A DNA stretch of 61,467 nucleotides, filler included, from Actinomycetota bacterium (GTDB lineage: Bacteria > Actinomycetota > Acidimicrobiia > Spongiisociales > UBA4744): NCBI GenBank assembly GCA_013152275.1. It is 6 parts of 6 records of this genome, joined end to end, with 100 filler letters (N's around TTAATTAATTAA, not from the genome) between each part and the next. Parts side by side here need not be neighbours in the genome. Positions count along the whole stretch, not along the records: positions 26,712 to 49,021 come from JAADGS010000098.1; 5 more parts are not named here. One strand, given 5' to 3'. The notes under the pieces were generated by a model. It saw nothing but the letters and a program-made list of their open reading frames with translations, was not told where the DNA came from and did no database searches. The translations under genes and the position numbers were made by a program. Each line of letters opens with the position of its first letter. The stretch's first letter is position 1. Below, in pieces: positions 29,762 to 39,254 of the stretch.

Positions 29762-30736
29762 TTAGGTGATGGCCGTCCGCACCGTGTCGACGATGCGATC
29801 GACCGACGGTATCGCGAGATCCTCCAGGCAGTCGGTTGCCGGCAGGGGGATGTGCGGTGTGGTGATCCTGACGATCGGCCCGTCGAGGTCCCAGAAGATC
29901 TCTTCCGCAACGATCGACACGACTTCGGCGCCCCAGCCGACCAGCCGAGGGTTTTCCTCGACGGTCACCAAACGCGACGTCTTGGCGACCGAGCCGAGGA
30001 CCGTTGCGGTGTCGAGGGGCACCAGGGAGCGCAGGTCGATCACCTCCGCGGAGATCTGCTCCTTCGCCAGCAGGTCGGCCGCTGCGACCGCCTTGGGGAC
30101 CATGGCGGCGAGCGCGACGATGGTCACGTCCGAGCCCGAGCGAAGAATCCGTGCGGTCCCGAGCGTGTCGACCAGCTCCCCGTCGGGGACTTCTCCCTTG
30201 GTCGCGAACAGCGCCTTGTGTTCGAAGAACACCACAGGATCGGGGTCGCGGATCGCAGCGGCGAGCAGCCCGATGACATCGGCCGGATTCGACGGGGCCA
30301 CGACCTTGAGTCCTGGGACCGCCATCGCCCAGTTCTCCAGGCTCTGGGAGTGCTGACCGCCGAATCGGGCGCCGCCTCCGTTGGCGGTGCGGATGACGAG
30401 CGGAAGGGACACCTGTCCTCCGCTCATGTATCGGGTCTTGGCGATCTGGTTGGCGACGATGTCCCAGCACGTCGCCAGGAAGTCGCTGAACATCAGCTCG
30501 CCGATCGGTCGGAGCCCGTTCATGGCGGCGCCCATGATCATGCCGGTGATCGCTTCCTCGGAGATCGGGGTATCCCGTACGCGTTCCGGCCCGAAACGAT
30601 CGAACAGGCCGGCGGTGGTCTTGAACACGCCACCCGCCTTGGCGACATCCTCGCCGATGAGCACAACGGAAGAGTCTCGCTCCATTTCCTGTGCGAGGCC
30701 CCGTGCGACGGCGTCTCGATAGCTCAGTTCCGCCAT
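29762..30736 (-). CDS. TPP-dependent 2-oxoacid/acetoin dehydrogenase E1 beta
   Basis: GEDV, DTPISE, GQHSQ, FFEHK, IDLRSLVPLD; start MAELSYR. Confidence 0.9.
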   Translation of the reverse strand: MAELSYRDAVARGLAQEMERDSSVVLIGEDVAKAGGVFKTTAGLFDRFGPERVRDTPISEEAITGMIMGAAMNGLRPIGELMFSDFLATCWDIVANQIAKTRYMSGGQVSLPLVIRTANGGGARFGGQHSQSLENWAMAVPGLKVVAPSNPADVIGLLAAAIRDPDPVVFFEHKALFATKGEVPDGELVDTLGTARILRSGSDVTIVALAAMVPKAVAAADLLAKEQISAEVIDLRSLVPLDTATVLGSVAKTSRLVTVEENPRLVGWGAEVVSIVAEEIFWDLDGPIVRITTPHIPLPATDCLEDLAIPSVDRIVDTVRTAIT

Positions 30737-31731
30737 GAGGAACCTCCATCTGCCCAGAGATCGGTGAGAAGTACATCGGGGGAGGGGACCGGCGTTCGTT
30801 TGGCGAGCTCGGTCGCTTCGTCGACTTCGATGGTGGCCGCCTCCTCGATTCGATCGAGCCGGCCGCCGGCGATTCCGCGCTTCTCGAGAAGCGCGCGATA
30901 GGTGACGATCGGGTCCTTGGCCTTCCACGCACGGACCTCTTCCTCCGGCCGGTACTTGCCGGGGTCGGCACGAGAGTGGCCTCCGTGCCGGTACGTCTTG
31001 GCCTCGATGAGCGCCGGGCCTTCACCACGCCGGGCTCGGGCGATCGCTGCGACCGCCGTGGCGAAGACCGCTTCGACATCGTTGCCGTCCACGATCGTGC
31101 CTTCCAGACCGTACGCGGGGGCACGGTCTGCAGCCGGGTTCGGCACCGCAGTGACATCGGCGATCGGCGTGTACTCCATGTAGAGGTTGTTCTCGCAGAC
31201 GAACACGACGGGCAGCTTCCAGACCGAAGCGATGTTGAGCGCCTCGTGGAACGCACCGATGTTGGTCGTCCCGTCACCGAAGAAACACACCGAGACCTGC
31301 GAGGTGCCGCGCACCTTGGCCGCCCATGCGGCCCCGGCGGCGATCGGGAGGTGGGCGCCGACGATTGCATAGGAGCCCATGGCGCCGACGGACACATCGG
31401 TCAGGTGCATGGAACCCCCCTTCCCGCCGCAGATGCCGTTTGCCCGGCCGAGCAGTTCGCCCATGAGCGCACCCATCGGGGCGCCGCGCAGCAGCGTGTG
31501 GTTGTGGCCGCGGTACGTGCAATAGGTCATGTCGCCTGCCTGCATCGCCTGGGCGAACCCGGCGGCGACGGCCTCCTGCCCGAGGCCGAGGTGCGTGGTT
31601 CCCTTGACGAGGCCCTGCAGGAACAGGTCATAGGCCCGTTTCTCGAAATACCGGGCCCGAACCATGGCCGTGTAGAGGCTCATCTGGGTGGCCGTCTCGA
31701 TGGTGACGGCATCGTTCGGAGGTGTGTCCAT
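30724..31731 (-). CDS. TPP-dependent dehydrogenase E1 alpha
   Basis: HLGLGQEA, YRGH, GKGGSMH, FFGDG...ENN, TYRHGGHS. Confidence 0.92.
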   Translation of the reverse strand: MDTPPNDAVTIETATQMSLYTAMVRARYFEKRAYDLFLQGLVKGTTHLGLGQEAVAAGFAQAMQAGDMTYCTYRGHNHTLLRGAPMGALMGELLGRANGICGGKGGSMHLTDVSVGAMGSYAIVGAHLPIAAGAAWAAKVRGTSQVSVCFFGDGTTNIGAFHEALNIASVWKLPVVFVCENNLYMEYTPIADVTAVPNPAADRAPAYGLEGTIVDGNDVEAVFATAVAAIARARRGEGPALIEAKTYRHGGHSRADPGKYRPEEEVRAWKAKDPIVTYRALLEKRGIAGGRLDRIEEAATIEVDEATELAKRTPVPSPDVLLTDLWADGGSSWRN

Positions 31732-32107
31732 GTGTTCCTCTCAGAGAATGAAGACGATATCCGATGCGCGGTGCATGCCCGAGCACGCTAGTGGCTCGCC
31801 CGGCAACCGTTGCGACGTTCTGCCGGCCAGGAACGCCCTTTGCCGCGTTCTGCGCCTCGATGCACCTGCCGGAGCGCCTTCGTTGTGCGGGTCTTGCCAT
31901 CGATACCGGATCGACTCGACGACTCGACTCGAACGAAAGGGCCGGGTCGATCCGTGTCGACGACGTGTTCCTGCCTCGGCATCGACACCCCGAGCGTCAT
32001 CGCCCAAGGCACTGGTGCAGCAGACGGTGTGTCGGCTTCGCGCGCGCTGGATCAAGCCCGGCTCCGCTGTCGGGCACTCCCAGGAAACGGAAACCGGAAG
32101 GTTTCGG

Positions 32108-32157
32108 TTGACGGGGATGCAGGTGAGTCCGTATGCTCTCATTTAATCGATTATCGA
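32108..32157 (+). promoter_or_regulatory. Promoter with probable GntR/FadR-type operator
   Basis: TTGACG-18 nt-TATGCT followed by the palindrome TCGAT-T-ATCGA (32147-32157) near the predicted transcription start. Confidence 0.6.
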
Positions 32158-32226
32158 AGATAGAGGATTCGATACCGAAATGCACGTAGGCCGCGAGACG
32201 CAGAGCCGACCCGCTCGGGAGGTGTC

Positions 32227-33102
32227 TTGGACAAGTTCCTGATCTCTTCCTTCAACGGCATCACGCTCGCCGCCCTTTACTTCATCGTGGCGAGCGGCTT
32301 CAGCCTCATCTTCGGTGTCATGCGCATCGTCAATCTGGCCCACGGTTCACTGTATCTCGCAGGCGCCTACCTGGGGTGGGAGGTTGGCGACGCCACCGGC
32401 AACTGGTGGTTGGGGCTCCTCGTCGGGGCGCTCGCAATGATGCTCCTGGGCATCATCCTGCAGGTGGGGATCTTCAGTTGGATGCAGGGTGAGGATCTTC
32501 GACAGGCGATGATCACCATCGGCATCTCGATCGTCATCGCCGACCAGATGCTCGCTCGCTACGGGGGATTCGCCTACCAGTTCCCCTATCCCGACTTCCT
32601 CAGAGGCGCCACGCTGATTCCCCTCCTCGGGATTCGCTATCCCACCTACCGGCTCTTCCTGGTCGTGATCGCCATCGTGCTGGGGGTGCTCCTGTGGCTT
32701 CTCCTGTCCAAAACCAAGCTCGGCATGACGATTCGAGCGGGCATCGACGATCGGGACATGCTCTCGGCCCTCGGTGTGAACGTCGCCCGGGTGTTCGTCG
32801 TCGTGTTCGCCCTCGGAGCATTCCTGGCGGGCTTCGCCGGAGTGATCGGGGGGACGGCGTTCTCCATCATCCCCGGAGAAGATGCCCGGTTCCTCGTGGC
32901 GTCGCTCGTCGTGGTCATCGTCGGTGGCATGGGCAGCCTCGGTGGCGCGGCAATCGGCGCCCTCCTCGTCGGCATGGCCAGCCAGTACAGCCTGGCCTAC
33001 GTGTCCACCTACGCGCCCCTGGTCACGTTTGCGCTGATGACCGTCGTCCTGGCCCTTCGGCCGCGGGGTCTGTTCGGTCGGGAAGCGCGAGAGGGGACCT
33101 AG
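32227..33102 (+). CDS. Liv-type ABC transporter permease (LivH-like)
   Basis: GFSLIFGVMRIVNLAHG, TKLGMTIRA, VVIVGGMGS. Confidence 0.9.
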   Translation: MDKFLISSFNGITLAALYFIVASGFSLIFGVMRIVNLAHGSLYLAGAYLGWEVGDATGNWWLGLLVGALAMMLLGIILQVGIFSWMQGEDLRQAMITIGISIVIADQMLARYGGFAYQFPYPDFLRGATLIPLLGIRYPTYRLFLVVIAIVLGVLLWLLLSKTKLGMTIRAGIDDRDMLSALGVNVARVFVVVFALGAFLAGFAGVIGGTAFSIIPGEDARFLVASLVVVIVGGMGSLGGAAIGALLVGMASQYSLAYVSTYAPLVTFALMTVVLALRPRGLFGREAREGT

Positions 33103-33109
33103 CAGGATC

Positions 33110-34138
33110 ATGGATCGAATCGTTGCCGAGTTGAAGGACTGGAGGGTCGCCGTCGGGGTGGTCCTGGCAGTGTTTCTGGTCCTGCTTCCGATGCTCGTGT
33201 CCGAGTTCTGGGTGACCGAGATCGCCAGCAAGTCGCTCTGGATGGGCATCATCGCGCTGAGTCTGATCTTCCTCGTCAAGTTCGGCGGGATGATCTCGTT
33301 CGCCCAACTGGCGACTGCAGGACTCGCCGGGTACGCGGTCGCGTACGTCAGTTACCACGAGACGGGGAGCTGGCTGCTCGGCGTCGTCCTCGGAATCCTG
33401 GTAGCGACGCTCGGCGGGGCCCTCTTCGGACTCATCTCCGTACGCACCGAGGGGATCTATCTGCTGATGATCACCCTCGCGCTCGGGATGCTGGTGTTCT
33501 TCTTCGCGAACCAGAACTGTGAGATCTTCAACTGCCATCGGGGCATCGGTCCCGTGCCGCCTCCCAAGATCGGGCCACTCGACCTGACGTCGGCGAATCC
33601 CTTCTACTACTTCTCGTTGGTCGTCGCGGCGTTCGTGTACGGACTCGTGCGCTATGTGGGCCGGGCGCCGTTCGGCCTGGCCCTACAGGGGATACGGGAC
33701 AACCCTCGGCGGATGCGCTCCCTCGGGTACTGGGTGGGCCTGCACAAGGTGTTGGCGTTCGGTTTCGCCGGCTTCATCGCCGGCCTGGGCGGCATCCTGA
33801 TGGTGTGGCACCGGGTCAACATGTCCCCGACGGTGGTCGACCTGACCCGCAACATCGACATCCTGATCGTTGCGGTCGTCGGAGGCATCGCGTATGCAGA
33901 GGGGGCATTCCTCGGCGCAGTCTTCTTCAACGTGGCAGATACCTTCACGGCGGAGTTCTTCACCCGTGAACGGTTCAACACGATCATCGGGCTGGTCTTC
34001 ATCGCGCTGCTGATCCTCTCGCCCAACGGGCTGTTGGGGATCCCGGCCCGTGTTCGCCGGGCGCTGCGACGTGCCCCGCCCAAGGGGGTCGCCGTGCTTT
34101 CGGAGGGAGAGGAGACCGTGGAATCAGAGCATTCATGA
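33110..34138 (+). CDS. Liv-type ABC transporter permease (LivM-like)
   Basis: GIYLLMITLA, PFGLALQGIRDN...SLG. Confidence 0.9.
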   Translation: MDRIVAELKDWRVAVGVVLAVFLVLLPMLVSEFWVTEIASKSLWMGIIALSLIFLVKFGGMISFAQLATAGLAGYAVAYVSYHETGSWLLGVVLGILVATLGGALFGLISVRTEGIYLLMITLALGMLVFFFANQNCEIFNCHRGIGPVPPPKIGPLDLTSANPFYYFSLVVAAFVYGLVRYVGRAPFGLALQGIRDNPRRMRSLGYWVGLHKVLAFGFAGFIAGLGGILMVWHRVNMSPTVVDLTRNIDILIVAVVGGIAYAEGAFLGAVFFNVADTFTAEFFTRERFNTIIGLVFIALLILSPNGLLGIPARVRRALRRAPPKGVAVLSEGEETVESEHS

Positions 34139-34207
34139 CCTCGAAGACATAACGGGACAACACCAAGGGAAGACCGTGACGGGACGACCCGAAGGAGGGA
34201 GACTCGG

Positions 34208-35617
34208 ATGAGTGAGAACTGGAGAAGATCGTGGGCAGTGCTGGCCCTGTTCGTCGTGTTGGCGCTGATCGCCGCCGCCTGCGGCGGAGCCACCACCGCA
34301 ACAACAACGACGGCCGCACCATCTGCGAACGCAACAACCACGAGTACCACGGCGGCTGCCACGCAGCAGAGTGGTGACGTCATCAAGCTGGGCGTGCTCG
34401 CCACGCTCGAAGGACCGTTCGTCGAACCCGGCAAGGACGGCATCCGGGGTGTCTACATGGCACTGGCCGAATTCGGTGGCGACAGTGAGGGCAAAGGCGC
34501 AGTCGTCGCCGGCCACCCGATCGAAGTGTATGTCGAGAGCACCGACGCCACGGCCGAAGTGGCTCGTGACAAGGCCCGCAAGTTGTTCGAAGAAGACAAC
34601 GTGGACATCATCATCGGACCACTGTCCGGCGATGAGGGCATCAACCTGGCCCGCTATATGCAAGGTGTACCGGACAAGACGATGTTGAACGGTACGTCCG
34701 CAGCGCAGGACACGACGATGGATCCGGCCATCCGTTCGAAGCAGTTCTTCCGCTGGGGCACCGACGGTGTCCAGTGGCAGGCGGGCCTCGGCAGCTATGC
34801 CTACAACGAAAAGGGCTACCGCAAGATGGTGACCCTCGGCGAGGACTACTCGTTCCCCTACAGCCAGGTCGAAGGCTTCATGATCGAGTTCTGCCGAGAG
34901 GGTGGCACCGTGGCGAAGAAGCTGTGGACCCCGCTCGGTGAGACGGACTACAGCTCGATCATCGCCGAGATCCAGGGCATCTCCGATCTCGACGCCGTGT
35001 ACGTCGCCCTGGGCGGCAACGACGCCATCAACTTCCTGACGCAGATGCTGGACTTCGGTCTGGATCTGCCTCTCGTCGGCGGTTCGATCACCGTCGACCA
35101 GTCGATCCTCGGAGCGAAGGCTCCCCGGATCCGGGAGGTCGTGATCGGCACGCCTGCGGCAGGTCCCATCGCCGACGATATCCAGGACCAGGTCTACGTG
35201 GACTGGGTCAAGGCGTATCAGGACCTCTGGGAGGAGGGCAAGGACTACCCGCTCACCGGGATTCGGTTCCCGCTGCCGTCGCTGTTCGCACATGGCTACT
35301 ACGTGGATGCCAAGGCGGCCCTGCTGGCGCTCGAAAAGGTCGATGGTGACCTGTCGGGTGGGCAGGAGGCCTTCCGTGAGGCGCTCCGTGGCCTCAAGTA
35401 CGAGTCCCCGACCGGCATGGTCAGCGTGGACAAGAACCAGAACGCGATCGCGAACGAGTACGTGACCGAGGTCACCGAACGTGCCGATGGCGTGCTGTAC
35501 AACAAGCTGGTCAAGGTCGCCGAGCAGGTGAACCAGACACTTGGTGAGCCTGAGGACTTCTTCTTCCCGAACGGGACCTACCAGGGTCCATCTCGAGAAT
35601 ACCCAAGCTGTCCGTGA
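34208..35617 (+). CDS. ABC substrate-binding lipoprotein (Liv/PBP1 type)
   Basis: Lipobox IAAAC, Thr-rich linker, IIGPLSG, DYSFPY. Confidence 0.88.
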   Translation: MSENWRRSWAVLALFVVLALIAAACGGATTATTTTAAPSANATTTSTTAAATQQSGDVIKLGVLATLEGPFVEPGKDGIRGVYMALAEFGGDSEGKGAVVAGHPIEVYVESTDATAEVARDKARKLFEEDNVDIIIGPLSGDEGINLARYMQGVPDKTMLNGTSAAQDTTMDPAIRSKQFFRWGTDGVQWQAGLGSYAYNEKGYRKMVTLGEDYSFPYSQVEGFMIEFCREGGTVAKKLWTPLGETDYSSIIAEIQGISDLDAVYVALGGNDAINFLTQMLDFGLDLPLVGGSITVDQSILGAKAPRIREVVIGTPAAGPIADDIQDQVYVDWVKAYQDLWEEGKDYPLTGIRFPLPSLFAHGYYVDAKAALLALEKVDGDLSGGQEAFREALRGLKYESPTGMVSVDKNQNAIANEYVTEVTERADGVLYNKLVKVAEQVNQTLGEPEDFFFPNGTYQGPSREYPSCP

Positions 35618-36390
35618 CGGATAACGCGAGCCCAGAAGCGAACGTCCCCGCCCTGCACCTGCAGGGCGTGGGGCGTCGCTTCGGCGCGCTGCAGGCCGTA
35701 CGAGATGTGACGATGGAGATCGCCGAAGGAGAGCGGCGTGCGATCCTCGGCCCGAACGGGGCAGGCAAGACGACGCTCTTCAACGTGATCGCAGGCGATT
35801 TCCTGCCCACGTCGGGCGACGTCTACTTCTTTGGTGCCAAGATCACCGATCTGCCGGCGCACAAGCGGACCCGGATGGGTCTGGCTCGCACGTACCAGAC
35901 GTCGCTGCTCTTCGGCGGACTGACCGTTCGCGACAACATTTTCCTGGGTGTCCGGGGGGTCAAACCGAGACGGCTCAGCCTCCGGCGCCCGACCAAGAAC
36001 GATCGTGACCACGCCGAGGTGGAGCGACTGGCCGAGTCGGTCGGGCTGACAGCCGTTCTCGACACAGGTGTCGACTCGCTGTCCCATGGGCAGCAGCGCC
36101 AGTTGGAGATCGCCATGGCATTGTCGTCGTCTCCCCGGTTGCTCCTGCTCGACGAGCCTGCGGCAGGGCTGTCTCCGAGTGAGCGCGCCGATCTGTTGGC
36201 CCTTCTGGGAGGGCTGCCTCGGACGATCACCGTGATTCTCATCGAGCACGACATGGATGTGGCCCTGCAGGCGGCCGACTGGGTGACGGTGATGCACAAC
36301 GGGTCGATTTTTGCCGAGGGGGATCCGGACAAGATCCAAGACAACCAGGTCGTCCTGGACATCTACCTGGGGGCGCGCGGACATGAGTGA
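35614..36390 (+). CDS. ABC ATP-binding subunit (LivG-like)
   Basis: GPNGAGKT, LSHGQQR, LLLDEP, IEHDM. Confidence 0.92.
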   Translation: MTDNASPEANVPALHLQGVGRRFGALQAVRDVTMEIAEGERRAILGPNGAGKTTLFNVIAGDFLPTSGDVYFFGAKITDLPAHKRTRMGLARTYQTSLLFGGLTVRDNIFLGVRGVKPRRLSLRRPTKNDRDHAEVERLAESVGLTAVLDTGVDSLSHGQQRQLEIAMALSSSPRLLLLDEPAAGLSPSERADLLALLGGLPRTITVILIEHDMDVALQAADWVTVMHNGSIFAEGDPDKIQDNQVVLDIYLGARGHE

Positions 36391-37120
36391 GGCACTGCTC
36401 GAAATCAAGTCGCTCAACGTCTACTACGGGCGCAGCCACGTGCTGCAAGATGTCGACCTGACGGTCGGAGACGAGCCGATCTCGCTGATCGGCCGAAACG
36501 GCATGGGAAAGACGACACTCTGCAACGCGATCATGGGACTCATTCCGGCGGCCTCGGGCAGTATCGTGTTCGATGGAGCCGAGTTGACCAACCGAAAAAC
36601 CCACTGGATCGCCGGACAGGGCCTGGGATACGTGCCGCAGGGTCGGCGCCTGTTCCCCTCCCTCACGGTGGCGGAGCATCTGAGGCTCGTTCAGAGGAAG
36701 GGCAGTGCCAACGCGTGGGATCTCGATCGTGTGTACGAACTGTTCCCACCCCTGGCGGACCGCCGGGCGTTCGGCGCCTCGTTGCTCTCGGGCGGTGAGC
36801 AACAGATGCTGGCCATCGCGCGGGCGCTGTTGCTGCATCCCCGTCTGCTGGTGATGGACGAGCCGTCGGAAGGCCTCGCACCGGTCATCGTCGATCAGCT
36901 CGTCGAGATTCTGCAAGGGTTGAAGGAGCACGGAATCGGGTTGCTGCTCATCGAGCAGAACCTGGGTGTCGCGACGAGCGTCTCGGACCGCCTTGCAGTG
37001 ATGGTGGGTGGACGAATTGCACTCGAAACGACCTCCGAACGGATGCTCACGGATCGTGACGCGCAGCGCCAGTACCTGGGTGTCAGCCCGCACGGAGAAG
37101 AGCAGGAACACGAGGATTGA
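36383..37120 (+). CDS. ABC ATP-binding subunit (LivF-like)
   Basis: GRNGMGKT, LSGGEQQML, MDEPSEGLAP, IEQN. Confidence 0.92.
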   Translation: MSEALLEIKSLNVYYGRSHVLQDVDLTVGDEPISLIGRNGMGKTTLCNAIMGLIPAASGSIVFDGAELTNRKTHWIAGQGLGYVPQGRRLFPSLTVAEHLRLVQRKGSANAWDLDRVYELFPPLADRRAFGASLLSGGEQQMLAIARALLLHPRLLVMDEPSEGLAPVIVDQLVEILQGLKEHGIGLLLIEQNLGVATSVSDRLAVMVGGRIALETTSERMLTDRDAQRQYLGVSPHGEEQEHED

Positions 37121-37122
37121 CA

Positions 37123-38361
37123 ATGGCAACAGTCGTATTGCTTGGAACGCTCGATACGAAGGCGACCGAATACGCCTTCTTGAAAGACAGGATCGCCGAA
37201 GCGAACTGTGATGTCGTCGTGATCAACGCAGGGGTGCTCGGCGACCCCGACTACCCGACCGACTACTCGCGTGCCGACGTGGCGGCCGCCGCCGGAGTGG
37301 GTCTCGATGATCTGGTGAATGCCGGCGACAGGGGAGCGGCGGTCGAGGCCATGGCGCGAGGTGCCGCCGTGATCGTCCAGGACCTGTACCGGCAAGGGCG
37401 CCTCGACGGGATTCTCGGCCTCGGGGGATCGGGCGGCTCATCGTTGATCAGCTACTCGATGCGCCTGCTTCCGATCGGTGTGCCGAAGCTGCTGGTCTCG
37501 ACGATGGCATCGGGCGAGACCCGCCCGTACGTCGGCACGGCCGACATCGCCATGATGTACTCGGTGGTCGACATCGCGGGCATCAACGAGATCTCGGCGA
37601 GGATCCTGGGGAACGCGGCCGCGGGCATCGCAGGTATGGCGAAGGCCCACGAGGCCTATGTTCCTGCGGACACGGGGAAGCCGCTCGTCGGAGCGACCAT
37701 GTTCGGGGTGACGACGCCGTCGGTCACCGTGGCCCGAGAATGGCTGGAGGATCACGGCTACGAGGTGCTCGTCTTCCACGCCACGGGGACCGGGGGACAG
37801 TCGATGGAAGCGCTCATGGAGAGCGGCTACATCACCGCATCCCTGGACATCACGACCACCGAACTCGTCGACGAGCTGGTCGGCGGTGTGCTCTCGGCCG
37901 GACCGGACCGGCTCGAGATGGCCGGTCGGCTCGGCATACCGCAAGTCGTCTCGCTCGGCGCGCTCGACATGGGCAACTTCGGACCGATCAACACGGTTCC
38001 GGACGAGTACAAGGACCGCAACCTCTACGTGCACAACCCCACGGTCACGTTGATGCGGACCACTCCCGAGGAGTGTGCACGGCTGGGCCGCACGATCGCC
38101 GCCAAGTTGAACCAGGCCAAAGGCCCCCTCACGGTGTTCATCCCGCTCAAGGGCGTGTCGGCGATCGCCACGGAGGGGGGCGTGTTCTACGACCCGGAGG
38201 CCGACGAGGCGCTGATCACCGAACTCGAGGCCCACCTCGACCCCTCGGTCGAGGTGATCGAGATGGACACCGATGTGAACGACCCGGAGTTCGCCACCGC
38301 CATGGCGCAACGCCTCGACGAGCACTATCGGGCCTGGGCGGCGTCACGCCCGCAAGCCTGA
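37123..38361 (+). CDS. Tm-1-like ATP-binding domain protein (UPF0261)
   Basis: [45 protein letters not shown]. Confidence 0.88.
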   Translation: MATVVLLGTLDTKATEYAFLKDRIAEANCDVVVINAGVLGDPDYPTDYSRADVAAAAGVGLDDLVNAGDRGAAVEAMARGAAVIVQDLYRQGRLDGILGLGGSGGSSLISYSMRLLPIGVPKLLVSTMASGETRPYVGTADIAMMYSVVDIAGINEISARILGNAAAGIAGMAKAHEAYVPADTGKPLVGATMFGVTTPSVTVAREWLEDHGYEVLVFHATGTGGQSMEALMESGYITASLDITTTELVDELVGGVLSAGPDRLEMAGRLGIPQVVSLGALDMGNFGPINTVPDEYKDRNLYVHNPTVTLMRTTPEECARLGRTIAAKLNQAKGPLTVFIPLKGVSAIATEGGVFYDPEADEALITELEAHLDPSVEVIEMDTDVNDPEFATAMAQRLDEHYRAWAASRPQA

Positions 38362-38395
38362 CCACAACAGCTACAAGAGAGAGGGGAGGAGGACC

Positions 38396-39223
38396 ATGAC
38401 CATGACGGGACAAGAGGCGCTGGCGAAGTTGCGCAAGACGCTCGACGGCGGCGGCGTGATCATCGGAGCGGGAGCCGGTACCGGTATCTCGGCGAAGTGT
38501 GCCGAGGCCGGCGGGACGGATCTCATCATCATCTACAACTCCGGTCGGTATCGCATGGCGGGACGAGGCTCGCTCGCAGGGCTCATGCCCTACGGCGATG
38601 CGAATGCGATCGTGATCGACATGGCCAGCGAGGTGCTGCCGATCGTGAAGCACACACCGGTCCTGGCGGGGGTGTGTGGCACGGACCCGTTCCGGCTGAT
38701 GGACAAGTTCCTCGACGAGGTGGAGGAGACGGGGTTCGCCGGTGTGCAGAACTTCCCGACGGTCGGCCTGATCGACGGGACGTTTCGCAAGAATCTCGAA
38801 GAGACCGGGATGGGCTACGGCCTCGAGGTCGAGATGATCCGTCTCGCCCACGAAAAGGGCCTGTTGACGACTCCGTACGTGTTCGACGAGGAGTCGGCCC
38901 AGGCGATGGCGGAGGCGGGGGCGGACGTCGTCGTGGCCCACATGGGGCTGACCACGAAGGGCTCGATAGGCGCCGAGACCGCCCTGACGATCGAGGGAGC
39001 GGCCGAACGTGTGCAACGCATACGTGATGCAGCGGTCGCGGTGAGAGACGACATTATCGTCTTGTGCCATGGAGGTCCCATCGCCGAGCCGGAGGATGCC
39101 GAGTACGTCCTTCGCAACACGAGCGGTGTCGCGGGGTTCTTCGGCGCATCCAGCATGGAGCGCCTGCCCACGGAGATCGCCATGACCGCAAACATGAAGA
39201 GGTTCAAGAGCATCAGTCGCTAG
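38396..39223 (+). CDS. TIM-barrel PEP-hydrolase-like protein (Tm-1 C-terminal-like)
   Basis: [55 protein letters not shown]. Confidence 0.88.
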   Translation: MTMTGQEALAKLRKTLDGGGVIIGAGAGTGISAKCAEAGGTDLIIIYNSGRYRMAGRGSLAGLMPYGDANAIVIDMASEVLPIVKHTPVLAGVCGTDPFRLMDKFLDEVEETGFAGVQNFPTVGLIDGTFRKNLEETGMGYGLEVEMIRLAHEKGLLTTPYVFDEESAQAMAEAGADVVVAHMGLTTKGSIGAETALTIEGAAERVQRIRDAAVAVRDDIIVLCHGGPIAEPEDAEYVLRNTSGVAGFFGASSMERLPTEIAMTANMKRFKSISR

Positions 39224-39254
39224 GAGGCCGGCGCCGATCGGCAAAGGAGACAAC

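Noticed and set aside
34292..34360. ACC/ACG-rich low-complexity tracts (also about 54128-54180)
   Set aside because: Thr-rich linkers of lipoproteins, not independent repeats.
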